64,000 nt of DNA from Sedimenticola sp. (GCA_027026755.1 JALVNE010000339.1:5553-69552); one strand, 5' to 3'; shown: positions 23,019-34,880, numbered from the stretch's first letter. The notes: generated from the sequence alone by a model not told the origin. Numbers and translations are program-made.

Positions 23019-23638
23019 GCGTCTTTCCCCCGTTGCTGTTTCAGCAGCTGAATGCGGGCTTCCAGGCGGTCCGCGGCCTCGCGCAGCTCATCCACCCCGG
23101 AAACGAAATCCTCCACTTCCAGCGGATGGGGCAGGAGATGGGCTTCTTCCACCAGGTACTCGGCCAGATCGCTTTCCAGGCGGGAGGCCGTGTCTTTCGC
23201 CCACCAGCTGGCGCGCCGGACGGCGCTGCCGAGCTGGTGGGCGATGATATCGCCCGTGAAATGGGCCAGCTGTTCTTCCCAGTCGATGTCCAGGCTGCCC
23301 AGGGTGGCGCCGAAGTCATGCGCCAGCCCTGTGTCCCCGCTGATGCTCACCCGGCCGGCAAAGAGCTGGCGGCTGCCCTGTTCCCTGTCGCCGCTGCGCA
23401 GCAGGTCCAGGGGGCTGCCGCTGAGCAGGGCGTCGGGTTCGCCTTCGATACGGCCCAGCAGTTGCAGTTCTCCCCGCTGGTCAGGGACGAAATACAACGT
23501 GATCTCCGGACCGCGCAGATGGATTCCTATGACTTTGCCATGATGGCGGGCCAGCTTCTTCCGGGCAAAAGGGTCCAGGCGCAGCAGACTGTTGATGCTG
23601 CTTTCCAAGGATGCCAGGGCCAGGTCGCGCGTGGACAT
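23015..23638 (-). CDS. ubiJ: Ubiquinone biosynthesis accessory factor UbiJ
   Basis: SCP2 domain, DWEEQLA..TGD; lies between ubiE and ubiB. Confidence 0.9.
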   Translation of the reverse strand: MSTRDLALASLESSINSLLRLDPFARKKLARHHGKVIGIHLRGPEITLYFVPDQRGELQLLGRIEGEPDALLSGSPLDLLRSGDREQGSRQLFAGRVSISGDTGLAHDFGATLGSLDIDWEEQLAHFTGDIIAHQLGSAVRRASWWAKDTASRLESDLAEYLVEEAHLLPHPLEVEDFVSGVDELREAADRLEARIQLLKQQRGKDA

Positions 23639-23644
23639 GAGCGC

Positions 23645-24397
23645 TCAGAATTTGTATCCGCGATGAATAGCGACGATGCCACCGGTGAGATTGTGATAAT
23701 CGCAGTTCTCGAAGCCGGCTTGTTCCATCATGCCGCGCAGGGTTTCCTGGTCCGGATGCATGCGGATGGATTCGGCCAGGTAACGGTAGCTGTCCTCGTC
23801 GTGCGTCACCAGTTTGCCAATCTTGGGCAGCAGAGTGAAGGAGTACAGGTCGTACAGTTTTTCCAGGGGCTTGACCACGGGCTTGGAGAATTCCAGCACC
23901 AGAGCCCGGCCGCCTGGGCGCAGGGCGGCGTACATGGCGTTCAGGGCCTTCTGCTTGTCGGTGACATTGCGCAGGCCGAAACCGATGGTGATGCAGTCGA
24001 AGCTGTTGTCGGCAAAGGGCAGCTGTTCGGCATTCACCTGGGCATAGCCGACGTTACCGGCGCGACCGTGATCCAGCATGCGGTCACGGCCGGTGATGAG
24101 CATGTTGGCGTTGATGTCGGTCATCACCACCAGGCCCTCGGGGCCCACCAGGCCGGAGAAGCGCTCGGCCAGGTCGCCAGTGCCAGAGGCCAGGTCCAAC
24201 ACCTGCTGGCCGGCGCGCACACCGGACAGCTCCACGGCAAAGCGTTTCCACAAGCGATGCACGCCAAAGGACATGAGGTCGTTCATGAGATCGTAGCGGG
24301 AGGCCACGGAATCGAATACGCCGCGCACCAGCTCGGCCTTTTCTTCCTTCGCCACCTTGCGGTAACCGAAATGGGTTTCTTCTCTTTGTTCGCTCAT
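23645..24397 (-). CDS. ubiE: Quinone biosynthesis C-methyltransferase UbiE
   Basis: [35 protein letters not shown]. Confidence 0.96.
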   Translation of the reverse strand: MSEQREETHFGYRKVAKEEKAELVRGVFDSVASRYDLMNDLMSFGVHRLWKRFAVELSGVRAGQQVLDLASGTGDLAERFSGLVGPEGLVVMTDINANMLITGRDRMLDHGRAGNVGYAQVNAEQLPFADNSFDCITIGFGLRNVTDKQKALNAMYAALRPGGRALVLEFSKPVVKPLEKLYDLYSFTLLPKIGKLVTHDEDSYRYLAESIRMHPDQETLRGMMEQAGFENCDYHNLTGGIVAIHRGYKF

Positions 24398-24422
24398 GTT
24401 CCTGTTCAGGGTAGGTCGGGAC

Positions 24423-24640
24423 AATTTCCTGAATCCGTGAGTTCATCGGGGCGCATAGCACAAGCTCTTGACCCGTCTCGGCTTTGGCATCCTGCGTCGC
24501 TCTACCTCCTGCATCCATGCAGTCGTAGCTATATGAAAAATCTCACCAGACCTAAGGGTATGGCTGCGATTTTTCATTACGCTATCCGAATCAATATCTT
24601 GCACTCTATGCTCCCTCTGAACCCACGGATTCAGGAATTT
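24423..24640. mobile_element. MITE-like element with ~35-bp imperfect terminal inverted repeats and internal hairpins
   Basis: ttcctgaatccgtgagttca..gcatag pairs with ctatgc..tgaacccacggattcaggaa; internal tgaaaaatc..gatttttca hairpin. Confidence 0.7.
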
Positions 24641-24658
24641 GATATATCGCGACATTGG

Positions 24659-24761
24659 GGCTGCCCGTGTCCCTGGTCAGGGAACACCGTAAACCCGTCC
24701 CTGGGGGGCTTGGCGGTGGCGTCCATGCCTCCGACATCCCTGACCAGGGACACGGGCAGCC
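24659..24761. repeat. Palindromic element with 25-bp perfect inverted repeat
   Basis: ggctgcccgtgtccctggtcaggga ... tccctgaccagggacacgggcagcc. Confidence 0.85.
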
Positions 24762-24820
24762 TTTGATGTTAAATACTCATGACCCTATTTCGACAATCAC
24801 TCCCGGTTCAGCACTTAACT

Positions 24821-24843
24821 TGTCGGGCTGAAGCCCGACCTAC
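24821..24843 (-). repeat. GTAG-family REP (partner remnant gtaggtcggg at 24411)
   Basis: tgtcgggctgaagcccgacctac, identical to the copy at 54560-54582. Confidence 0.85.
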
Positions 24844-24856
24844 GGCTCGTTCAGCC

Positions 24857-25225
24857 TCAGGATGCCGGGTCCTGACGGGTGTAGCCCACTTCCTTGAGTT
24901 CATCGAGATACTGCTGCCAGTACCGGTCATAGTTCTTCCCCAGATTATACAGGGTTTCCCATGAATAGATGCCGGTGTTGTGCTCGTCGTCGAAGTGCAG
25001 CACGATGGCGTAATTGCCCACAGGCTCGATCTGGTCGATATTCACTTTCTCTATGCCTGTGGGCACCTTGCGCTGCCCGGGGCCGTGGCCCATGACTTCC
25101 GCAGAGGGAGAGAAGGCGCGCAGGTATTCCGCCGGGAGCTTGAAATTGGAGCCGTCGTCGAAGGTAATTTCCAGTACCCGGGAAACCCGGTGCAGGTTGA
25201 GTTCGGTTGGGACAGGATGAGACAT
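24857..25225 (-). CDS. DUF971 / GBBH-like N-terminal domain protein
   Basis: EYLRAFSPSAEVMGHG, VGNYA...FDDEHNTGIYSW. Confidence 0.88.
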   Translation of the reverse strand: MSHPVPTELNLHRVSRVLEITFDDGSNFKLPAEYLRAFSPSAEVMGHGPGQRKVPTGIEKVNIDQIEPVGNYAIVLHFDDEHNTGIYSWETLYNLGKNYDRYWQQYLDELKEVGYTRQDPAS

Positions 25226-25526
25226 GGATGCTTCCTTGGAACAGATTGCGATGCGGACAATTATGCATCAAAACAGGCGGTTTATGGCACACAGTTCATC
25301 CGGGTATGGTATTCGCCAGCTGTATCCGAATGTGTCGTTGTTTGCGGTCTGCCGTAGACTGGGGGCATATTCATGAACTGTCCGTGCTGCTGTGCGCCAT
25401 GACGGCTGGTGACCAGGATCTGGGTAACACGAGGATTGCTTGAAAAACATCCGCAAACATGGAAGATATGTCTGGCCCGTGGCAAAAGTCTTGCGGGCTG
25501 CATACCTTTGGGAGGCTCAGTCACGA

Positions 25527-25757
25527 ATGATCGTTTATAGATCTGTCCTTGCAGTAATAGTTCTCATGGCTTTCTCCGACAGCGCTTTTGCCTATATCGA
25601 TCCAGGCACCGGAAGCATGGTGTTGCAAATGGCCGTGGCGGGCGTTCTCGCAGCGCTGTTCTACATCAAGACGGCCTGGAGCCGGGTGAAGCTTTTCTTC
25701 TTAAAGCTGTTCTCCAGAGAAAAGAAGGACACCCCACACGACGATAATGAAGACTGA
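25527..25757 (+). CDS. Small membrane protein with signal peptide and YIDPGTGS motif
   Basis: GGAGG RBS; AFA|YIDPGTGS + TM helix + basic tail; overlaps next gene by 11 bp. Confidence 0.8.
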   Translation: MIVYRSVLAVIVLMAFSDSAFAYIDPGTGSMVLQMAVAGVLAALFYIKTAWSRVKLFFLKLFSREKKDTPHDDNED

Positions 25758-27159
25758 AACCGTCTCTTCGTCATTCAAAGACCCCAGCGGATTCCTTTAC
25801 TATCGTGACGGCGTGCTTTTGCGCCAGGTGAACCATCGCTACCAGGCTGACTATGACCGTCTCATGCAGTCCGGGCTGTATGAAAGCCTGACCGGGGAAC
25901 AGCTTCTCATCCCCCATGAAGAAACCGATCTGTCCGCTGCATATTCTGGTGACGCCTGCAAGGTACTGAAACCCAAACCGGTTCCTTGTATATCTTATCC
26001 TTATGAATGGTGCTTCAGCCAGCTCAAGGATGCCGCCCTGACCACCCTGAGAATACAGTCCCTGGCCCTGGAATCAGGCATGTCACTGAAGGATGCTTCA
26101 GCCTACAACATACAGTTTCTCGACGGAAAACCCGTCTTCATAGACACTTTGTCCTTCGAGCGCTACAAGAAGGACCAGCCCTGGGTGGCCTATCGCCAGT
26201 TCTGCCAGCACTTCCTGGCGCCTCTCGCCCTGATGAGCTACCGGGATGTGCGCCTGAACCAACTGCTGCGCATCCATATGGATGGCATACCTTTGGACCT
26301 CGCCAGCAGACTGCTGCCCCTGCGCAGCCGGTTGCGGTTTTCCCTGCTGACCCATCTGCATCTGCACGCCCGCAGCCAGCAGCGCTATGCCAATGCCGCC
26401 GCGGATGGGGAAAGACCCTTGAAGCAAGCCCGGGTCAGCCTGACGGGGCTGCGAGCCATCATCGACAATCTGATCACGGCGGTAAACGCCTTGCAATGGA
26501 AACCCGGCGACACGGAATGGGGCGATTACTACAGCGACACCAACTATGACGACGAGTCCCTGCAACACAAGAAAGCCCTGGTATCCGCTTTCGTGGATCA
26601 GTTGTCCCCGGCGCCGCAACTGGTGCAGGATCTGGGCGCCAACACCGGCGTGTTCAGCCGGGTCGTCGCCGACAAGGGGATTCAGGTGCTGTCCCAGGAT
26701 ATCGACCCCAAGGCCGTGGAAGTCAATTACCTGCTGACCCGTAAGCACCAGGAACCAAATATCCTGCCCATGCTCATGGATCTCACCAATCCCAGTCCAG
26801 CACTGGGCTGGGCGCATGAGGAAAGAATGTCCCTCATGCAACGCGGGCCGGTGGATTTGGTCATGGCCCTGGCCCTCGTCCATCACCTGGCTATTTCCAA
26901 CAATGTACCCCTGCCGGTTCTGGCGAAGTTCTTCAGCCGGATGGGGGCCTGCCTGATCATAGAGTTCGTTCCCAAGACGGACTCCCAGGTAAAGCGTCTG
27001 CTGGCCACCCGGGAAGACGTATTCGATGATTACAGCCAGGATGGCTTTGAGCAGGCTTTTTCGGCTTACTTTGAAGTGCTGCAGTCGGAACCCATACGCG
27101 GAAGCGAAAGAACCCTGTATCTGTTGAAAAGTACAGGATCACAGGATCTCCAGGCATGA
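25747..27159 (+). CDS. NoeA-like kinase-fold + class I SAM methyltransferase fusion
   Basis: SFKDPSG, YPYEW, LKDASAYN, FIDTLSF; C-terminal DLGANTG SAM motif, LALVHHL. Confidence 0.82.
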   Translation: MKTETVSSSFKDPSGFLYYRDGVLLRQVNHRYQADYDRLMQSGLYESLTGEQLLIPHEETDLSAAYSGDACKVLKPKPVPCISYPYEWCFSQLKDAALTTLRIQSLALESGMSLKDASAYNIQFLDGKPVFIDTLSFERYKKDQPWVAYRQFCQHFLAPLALMSYRDVRLNQLLRIHMDGIPLDLASRLLPLRSRLRFSLLTHLHLHARSQQRYANAAADGERPLKQARVSLTGLRAIIDNLITAVNALQWKPGDTEWGDYYSDTNYDDESLQHKKALVSAFVDQLSPAPQLVQDLGANTGVFSRVVADKGIQVLSQDIDPKAVEVNYLLTRKHQEPNILPMLMDLTNPSPALGWAHEERMSLMQRGPVDLVMALALVHHLAISNNVPLPVLAKFFSRMGACLIIEFVPKTDSQVKRLLATREDVFDDYSQDGFEQAFSAYFEVLQSEPIRGSERTLYLLKSTGSQDLQA

Positions 27160-29897
27160 CTGACACCTATCCCCACGCCGCCATGAGCCGCAGCATTCTC
27201 CATATCTTCATCTTTGCTACCTTTGCTGTCGCCCAACCGCTGTTCGATCTTTTCTCCAGCTATCCCGAGTTCTTCATCGCCCGGCATACCTCACCGGCAG
27301 ACATCTGGCTGCTGATTGCCTTTCTGTCATTGGGCGTTCCCGCTTTGCTGGTGCTGATTCTGCTGCCCGTCAGGCTCCTTGGCATGCGCTCATGGACCCT
27401 GGCGGCCAATTCGGTCATCTTTGTGCTCTTTGGCCTGATGGTCTGGCGCAATCTCCGCCTGTTGGATACCGGCTTTCGCGAAGCTGTCTTGCTGGGCGTC
27501 ACTGCCATCATCACAGGGATCTTCGGGTATTTCTATACAGGACGTATGAAGCTGCGGGAATTCGTCAGCTTTCTTTCCCCGGCGGTCATCATTTTTCCTC
27601 TGCTGCTGGTGTTCTTTTCCCCTCTGTACAAGATCCTGTTCCCCGCCCAGGCGCCGGGAAACGGGGCCGCACAGTTCCAGAAAGCCAACAACCGGAATGT
27701 CGTTGTGCTGGTGTTCGATGAATTTCCTCTCTTTTCCCTGCTGAACAGCAAAGAATCCATCGAGGCAGAGAAGTTTCCCAACTTCCATGCCCTGTCACAG
27801 TCCGCCACTTGGTACAAGTATGCGACGGCGGTTGCTGACAGTACCCTGCGCTCCCTGACCTCCATCATCACCGGGCGTTACCCCAGCAATGACAGGGTCT
27901 GGACCCATACCAGCTATCCGAACAACCTCTTCACCCTGTTTGCCAGAACCCATGACATCCAGGCCTATGAAAGCGCCACGGATTTTTGCCCCAAATGGGT
28001 CTGCGGGAATGAAAAAACGCCAGAACCCGACCAGGATTCTCTTGACAAACTGATCAAGGATCTGGGAATCGTGTATGCGCACATGGTCACGCCAGCGGCT
28101 CTCAGAAACAAATACCTGCCGGTGCTGGGCGCGGCCTGGAAGGATTTCGGGGCCAACTGGAAGGATGAGGTCAACCAGGCCGGTGGTCGGGGATTGCAGG
28201 CATTGAAGAAGAGCACGATCAACAAGGTTCAGGCCGCAACCCGGGAGGACAGCGCCCTGAGCAATTACAGGAACTGGCTGGACAAGATACGCCCTCACGG
28301 GAAACCGGGCATCTATTTTCACCACATACAACTGCCTCACAAGCCCTGGAAATACTATCCGGACGGCGTCCGTTACTATCCCGGCGGCATCGACGGACTC
28401 AAAGACGAAGTGTGGACTGCAGAGCAGGGACTGGTGCTGCACGGCTACCAAAGGCATTTGTTGCAGGTGGCCTACGTGGATCATCTGCTGGGGCTGCTTC
28501 TGAAAAAACTCCGGGCGCAGAAACTGTATGACGACGCCCTGGTCATCATCACCGCAGATCACGGCGCCAGCTTCATGGAAGAACACAGCCGCAGAATACT
28601 GGATGAGGTGAATTTTGCAGATATACTGCGGCTGCCGCTGTTCATCAAGTGGCCGCAGCAGAACGCCGGGGAAATTCGTGACGATGATGCAGAGCTGGTG
28701 GATCTGCTTCCCACCATCGTCCGGGAACTGGGGATAGACTCAGACATGCCCTTGGACGGCAAAGCCCTCAGTCCCCGTGACCGGATCCACAGAGAAACCC
28801 GGATCGTCCTGGAACGAACCCGGGACAACAAGATCAGGCGCAAAACCTATGTATCCCGGGACCTGAAGACAAACCGCGGTTCCCTGGACCGCAAGACCCG
28901 ATACCTGGACAGGGTCTACGCCGTGGGCGGCTTTGGCCTGCTGCTGGGAAAACAGCCGGAAGAATACATGGTTGCCCCTGAATCCCGGCTTTCCTTTTCC
29001 CTGGATTATCCCGGTCTGATTCAGGAGGTCGATACCTCCACCGGGCTCCTGCCGGGAAGGATCATCGGCCGCATCAGCGGATGGGCCGACGACGCTCCTG
29101 AACTGCCCTATGTCGCTCTTGCCATGAACGGCAACATCGTTTCCACCGCCAAGCTCTACCGGGACAGCGCTTCTGGCCTGAAATTCAGTGCCATGGTGCC
29201 GGATCAGGCCTTCCACCCCGGCAACAACCCCCTGACACTGTACCTGATAAAGAACAATCCGGATGGCAGTCTGGCCCTGGCGGGGATACGCCAGACAGCC
29301 CGCCAGTCCAAGTGGAAGCCCATCAGGTCCAGAAAGAGCCGGTATTTTCAGGATGTCCAAAACTGGAATGCCGTCAGCAAGGCAATCTATGCCCTGACGA
29401 ACCAGGGAATCGCGGGTGGATGCCAACCCGGCCTGTTCTGCCCGGACAAGCCTGTCACCAGGGCAGAAGCCGCCGTATTCCTGGGAAAAGTGATGCAGGG
29501 CGTCAATTATCAGCCCCCGGCACCTGCCCAGGACGGATACCAGGATATCGCCGGGGATGCGAGAAAGCCCTGGATAAGCCTTCTTTTGGAAAAGGGGATC
29601 ATGCAGACTTGCCGCAATGACGCTTTTTGCCCTGATGCCAAGATCAGCCGTGGCGCGTTCGCCAAGCTGCTGCTCAAGGCAAAATACGGCGCCCGCTACC
29701 ATCCGCCGAAAATCGGCCAGGGACGATTCAAGGATGTCCCGGACGACTCACCCCTGGCGCCCTGGATCGAAGCAATCGCGGCAGAAGGCATCACCACCGG
29801 TTGCGCCACACAGAAGTTCTGCCCGGAAAAGGCGCTCACCCGCGGTGATGCCGCCCTATGGCTGGTTCAGGCATTCGATATACCTTCGTCCGAATGA
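27156..29897 (+). CDS. Membrane sulfatase/LTA-synthase-fold phosphoester transferase (NoeB-like) with three C-terminal SLH domains
   Basis: ~5 N-terminal TMs; VFDEFP, STLRSL (Thr), LPHKPW, TADHG; three FCP...(T/S)R SLH repeats. Confidence 0.78.
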   Translation: MTDTYPHAAMSRSILHIFIFATFAVAQPLFDLFSSYPEFFIARHTSPADIWLLIAFLSLGVPALLVLILLPVRLLGMRSWTLAANSVIFVLFGLMVWRNLRLLDTGFREAVLLGVTAIITGIFGYFYTGRMKLREFVSFLSPAVIIFPLLLVFFSPLYKILFPAQAPGNGAAQFQKANNRNVVVLVFDEFPLFSLLNSKESIEAEKFPNFHALSQSATWYKYATAVADSTLRSLTSIITGRYPSNDRVWTHTSYPNNLFTLFARTHDIQAYESATDFCPKWVCGNEKTPEPDQDSLDKLIKDLGIVYAHMVTPAALRNKYLPVLGAAWKDFGANWKDEVNQAGGRGLQALKKSTINKVQAATREDSALSNYRNWLDKIRPHGKPGIYFHHIQLPHKPWKYYPDGVRYYPGGIDGLKDEVWTAEQGLVLHGYQRHLLQVAYVDHLLGLLLKKLRAQKLYDDALVIITADHGASFMEEHSRRILDEVNFADILRLPLFIKWPQQNAGEIRDDDAELVDLLPTIVRELGIDSDMPLDGKALSPRDRIHRETRIVLERTRDNKIRRKTYVSRDLKTNRGSLDRKTRYLDRVYAVGGFGLLLGKQPEEYMVAPESRLSFSLDYPGLIQEVDTSTGLLPGRIIGRISGWADDAPELPYVALAMNGNIVSTAKLYRDSASGLKFSAMVPDQAFHPGNNPLTLYLIKNNPDGSLALAGIRQTARQSKWKPIRSRKSRYFQDVQNWNAVSKAIYALTNQGIAGGCQPGLFCPDKPVTRAEAAVFLGKVMQGVNYQPPAPAQDGYQDIAGDARKPWISLLLEKGIMQTCRNDAFCPDAKISRGAFAKLLLKAKYGARYHPPKIGQGRFKDVPDDSPLAPWIEAIAAEGITTGCATQKFCPEKALTRGDAALWLVQAFDIPSSE

Positions 29898-29990
29898 CGC
29901 TCATGGCGCGTGATCGTGCCACCCCGGTTTATTGAAACTGCCTTCTCCCCAACCCCCCCGCGCGATGGAGTATTGGATGCATTTCCACAT

Positions 29991-31328
29991 TCAAAGAATA
30001 AAGCGCGTCAGATCCTCATCTTCCGCCAGGTCGCCCAGGTGGCTGTCCACGTAGGCACCGTCCACGGTGATGGTTTGCCCTCTGAGATCCGTGGCTTCGA
30101 AGGATATCTCCTCCAGCAGGCGCTCCATGACCGTGTGCAGGCGCCGGGCACCGATGTTTTCCGTGCGTTCGTTCACTTCCCAGGCGATTTCCGCGATGCG
30201 CCGGATGCCATCTTCAGTAAATTCCAGGTCCACCCCTTCTGTAGCCAGCAAGGCCTGGTATTGCTCCGTGAGGGAAGCGTCGGGTTCCGTGAGGATGCGC
30301 ATGAAATCTTCCGTGCTCAGGGAAGACAGCTCCACGCGGATGGGCAGACGGCCCTGGAGTTCCGGGATCAGGTCTGAGGGCTTGGAAAGATGGAAGGCGC
30401 CGGAGGCGATGAACAAAATATGATCGGTCTTCACCATGCCATGCTTGGTGGACACGGTGCAGCCTTCCACCAAGGGCAGCAGATCCCTTTGCACGCCTTC
30501 CCGCGATACATCGGCGCCACTGCGGTCGGAACGGCTGGCCACCTTGTCCAGTTCGTCCAGGAACACGATGCCCTGCTGTTCCACCATTTCGATGGCCCGC
30601 AGTTTGAGGTCTTCGTGATTGATGCGCTTGCCGGCCTCCTCGTCGCGCAGCAGCTTGATGGCATCCTTGATGCGCAGCTTGCGCTTGCGGGTGCGGCCGC
30701 TGCCCAGGTTCTGGAACATGTTCTGCAACTGGCTGGTCATTTCCTCCATGCCGGGAGGCGCCATGATCTCCACGCCAATGGGGCTGTCACTGAGGTCCAC
30801 TTCGATTTCCTTGTCATCCAGTTCACCGTTGCGCAGCCTGTGACGGAATTTCTCGCGCGTGGCGCTGGCCACGGGCTTTGCGGCTTCTTCATCCCAGGGG
30901 TCCGTGTGCCGGGGTGGCGGCAGGAGAATGTCCAGGACACGGTCTTCGGCGGCCAGCATGGCCGCGTCCTGTACCTTGCTCAGTTCCTGCTCGCGCACCA
31001 TGTTCACCGCCGCATCCGCCAGGTCGCGGATGATGGAATCCACTTCCCTGCCCACATAGCCCACCTCCGTGAACTTGGTGGCTTCCACTTTGAGGAAGGG
31101 GGCGTTGGCCAGGCGGGCCAGGCGGCGGGCGATCTCGGTCTTGCCCACGCCAGTGGGGCCGATCATGAGAATGTTCTTGGGGGTGATCTCGTTGCGCAGG
31201 GCCTCGTCCACCTGGGTGCGGCGCCAGCGGTTGCGCAGGGCAATGGCCACGGCGCGTTTGGCGCTGTCCTGACCGATGATGTGCTTGTTCAGTTCCTGGA
31301 CGATTTCCTGGGGAGTGATCTGGGACAT
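29991..31328 (-). CDS. hslU: ATP-dependent protease ATPase subunit HslU
   Basis: [29 protein letters not shown]; true start ATG 31328. Confidence 0.97.
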   Translation of the reverse strand: MSQITPQEIVQELNKHIIGQDSAKRAVAIALRNRWRRTQVDEALRNEITPKNILMIGPTGVGKTEIARRLARLANAPFLKVEATKFTEVGYVGREVDSIIRDLADAAVNMVREQELSKVQDAAMLAAEDRVLDILLPPPRHTDPWDEEAAKPVASATREKFRHRLRNGELDDKEIEVDLSDSPIGVEIMAPPGMEEMTSQLQNMFQNLGSGRTRKRKLRIKDAIKLLRDEEAGKRINHEDLKLRAIEMVEQQGIVFLDELDKVASRSDRSGADVSREGVQRDLLPLVEGCTVSTKHGMVKTDHILFIASGAFHLSKPSDLIPELQGRLPIRVELSSLSTEDFMRILTEPDASLTEQYQALLATEGVDLEFTEDGIRRIAEIAWEVNERTENIGARRLHTVMERLLEEISFEATDLRGQTITVDGAYVDSHLGDLAEDEDLTRFIL

Positions 31329-31870
31329 TATTCGGTATCCAGTTCTTCGATGACGCGGTTGTGATTGGTATAGACGCAGATGTCCGCCGCAATGGCCAGC
31401 CCTTTTTCGACGATGTCCCGGGCGGACAGATCCGTGTTCTCCAGCAGGGCCAGGGCGGCAGCCTGGGCGTAGGGGCCGCCGGAGCCGATGGCCATGAGGT
31501 CGTTTTCCGGTTCTACCACGTCGCCGTTGCCGGTGAGGATCAGGGAGGCCTTGCGGTCCGCCACGCACAGCAGGGCTTCCAGGCGGCGCAGCATGCGGTC
31601 CGTGCGCCAGTCCTTGGCCAGCTCCACGGCAGCGCGCACCAGGTGTCCTGAATGTTTTTCCAGTTTGCCCTCGAAACGCTCGAACAGGGTGAAGGCATCG
31701 GCGGTGGCGCCGGCAAAACCCGCCAACACCTGGCCCTTGTACAGGCGCCTGACCTTGCGGGCGTTGCCCTTCATCACCGTGTTGCCCATGGAAACCTGGC
31801 CGTCGCCGCCGATAACGACCTTGCCGTTACGGCGTACCGACAAAATCGTGGTGCCTCTGAACTGTTCCAT
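31328..31870 (-). CDS. hslV: ATP-dependent protease subunit HslV
   Basis: [22 protein letters not shown]. Confidence 0.97.
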   Translation of the reverse strand: MEQFRGTTILSVRRNGKVVIGGDGQVSMGNTVMKGNARKVRRLYKGQVLAGFAGATADAFTLFERFEGKLEKHSGHLVRAAVELAKDWRTDRMLRRLEALLCVADRKASLILTGNGDVVEPENDLMAIGSGGPYAQAAALALLENTDLSARDIVEKGLAIAADICVYTNHNRVIEELDTE

Positions 31871-31953
31871 GCCGACAGAATCCGCTGGTTGTGGGAAAGG
31901 GGGAATTTTACCCCATCCTGGCGGCAATACCCGAACGGGATTTCAGTGCCAGG

Positions 31954-33707
31954 TCAACGACGGGCTTGCCAGCGGAAAGCCATGCCCGTGGCCAGGAGCA
32001 GCAGGGCCAGGATCAGCAGGGTGTTGCGACCCAGGCTGGGAATGCTGGCTGCCGGGCCCGCAGCGTTCTGCAGTAGCTGGATCCGTTCTTCCATCAGATG
32101 GCCGAAATAAGGCGGGGCAACATCTTCCAGGGGGGCGCCATGGCCATCTTCCCGCCAGGCCTTGGCATCGACCAGGAAGCGGAAGCTGCGCCGGTAGATG
32201 AGGCGCGCCCGCACGCGCAGCCGGCGGACTGTTGGCGGCACCTGAAAACGATACTGGCTGAGATCATGGCTCAGGGCAGGGATGCGGTTGTCCAGAGTGA
32301 TGCCCGTGGCGTCAGTGAAAAAAGTCGGGCCGTTGCCGTTGGCGTCGTGATTGATCTTGGCAAAGAGTTTGCCCGGCAGGCCGGCGTAGTAACCCTGGGC
32401 GGGATCGCCGAGGCCGCCAAGTTCATGCACCAGCTGGTTGCCGGTATAGACGAGGGGCTGATCCGGCGAGCCCTGGTCTGCATCCCAGGCTTCCACCAGC
32501 AGAATCATATTGCGGATGGTCACCCCGGTGGGCACATGATGCCCGGTAGCGTGATTGTAGATGTCTGTGTCCACGATCAGCTCACCGTTCTCGATGCGCG
32601 AATGGAGGCTCAGCTCCACGGCGTTTTCCAGGTATTCGGCGGTGGTGCCGAGAATCCGGTGGGAACGCACTGCATCAGGCTCTCTGGCCGGGGGCGTGAC
32701 GACCTGACATACCCGGCCGTCGTTCAGCCCGGGCATGTGGCAGTCCACACAGGTCTGAAACCGGGAAGAAGCGGGATCACCATAAGGAGAGCTGGCCCAC
32801 TCCACATAGGTAGGCTCTGAAGTGACGCCATCGAACTGGCCGTTGTCATGGATATCGTTCTTGTCCTGGTGGCAGGCGCCGCAGACTTCGGCCACCAGCT
32901 GGGGCTGGTAGGCGGCTTCCATGGTACCGGGGATGTTGAAGCTCACATCACGCAGGACGCCGTACTGGATCTGGTGGCCGGATGGGGGGCGGGTGAGGGT
33001 GACGGCATCCGGGTGCAGACCGGGGAAATTGATGCGGTTTTCGTCGATGTCTGCAATCTTGTGGCATATCTCGCAGGAAACGCCGTGGGCGACACCGGCA
33101 GGGGGTATGCCAGGCGGGTTGAGCAAGGCCGTGTTCGGGCTTTCCAGCCAGTGCTGGGGTTGGTGACAGGATGCGCATTCTGAATTCTGGTTGACGCCGG
33201 CATGAACGGAATCCCGTACATAGACGAAGCCGCCCATACCGCCAGGGGTGCCGCTGCCATCATAGATGTCATGTACCCAGGTGTTGAGCCCGGCCTTGGC
33301 CATGGGGCTGTCCTGCCACTGGGTGAGTTGCGCTGTGTGACAGAAGCTGGCGCAGTTGTCCGGCGCCAGCAGGGAATAGCCCGGATTGTCCGCCTGGGGC
33401 GCGGGGGTCAGGGCAAGATGCAGGCCGGAGGCAGGCGAGCCGGTGTTCATGGAAGCCGAGTAAAACCCCTTGGCAGCCCCCACGAGGGTGATGCCGGATG
33501 GGGTAGCTGGCAGATCCAGGGTGAAACTGCCATCCGCGGCTGTCCGGGTGCGCTCGAACAGGCCCTGGGCGCTGACCCAGGCATTGCCCAGGGGTTGCCC
33601 GCTGTTGCCATTGGTGAGAATCCCGCTCACCGGGTCTGCTTGTACGGAAAATGCGGCCAGCGCGCACAGCCCGCCCATCAAACGACATATCATCGGCAGG
33701 GCCCCGC

Positions 33708-33711
<4 letters not shown>
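31954..33711 (-). CDS. Multiheme c-type cytochrome with N-terminal beta-sandwich and IPTL-CTERM-like anchor
   Basis: CASCH, CEICH, CGACH, CVDCH plus atypical CASFCH; C-terminal IPSLG-TM-RWQARR. Confidence 0.82.

Positions 33712-34880
<1,169 letters not shown>

Noticed and set aside
24443-24655. 70-aa ORF containing TTAWMQEVERRRMPKP
   Set aside because: Lies wholly within the palindromic element; likely a repeat-derived spurious ORF
25440-25510. GCAAA-containing stretch as a possible c-di-GMP riboswitch
   Set aside because: Required stems and the GAAA tetraloop/receptor are not evident
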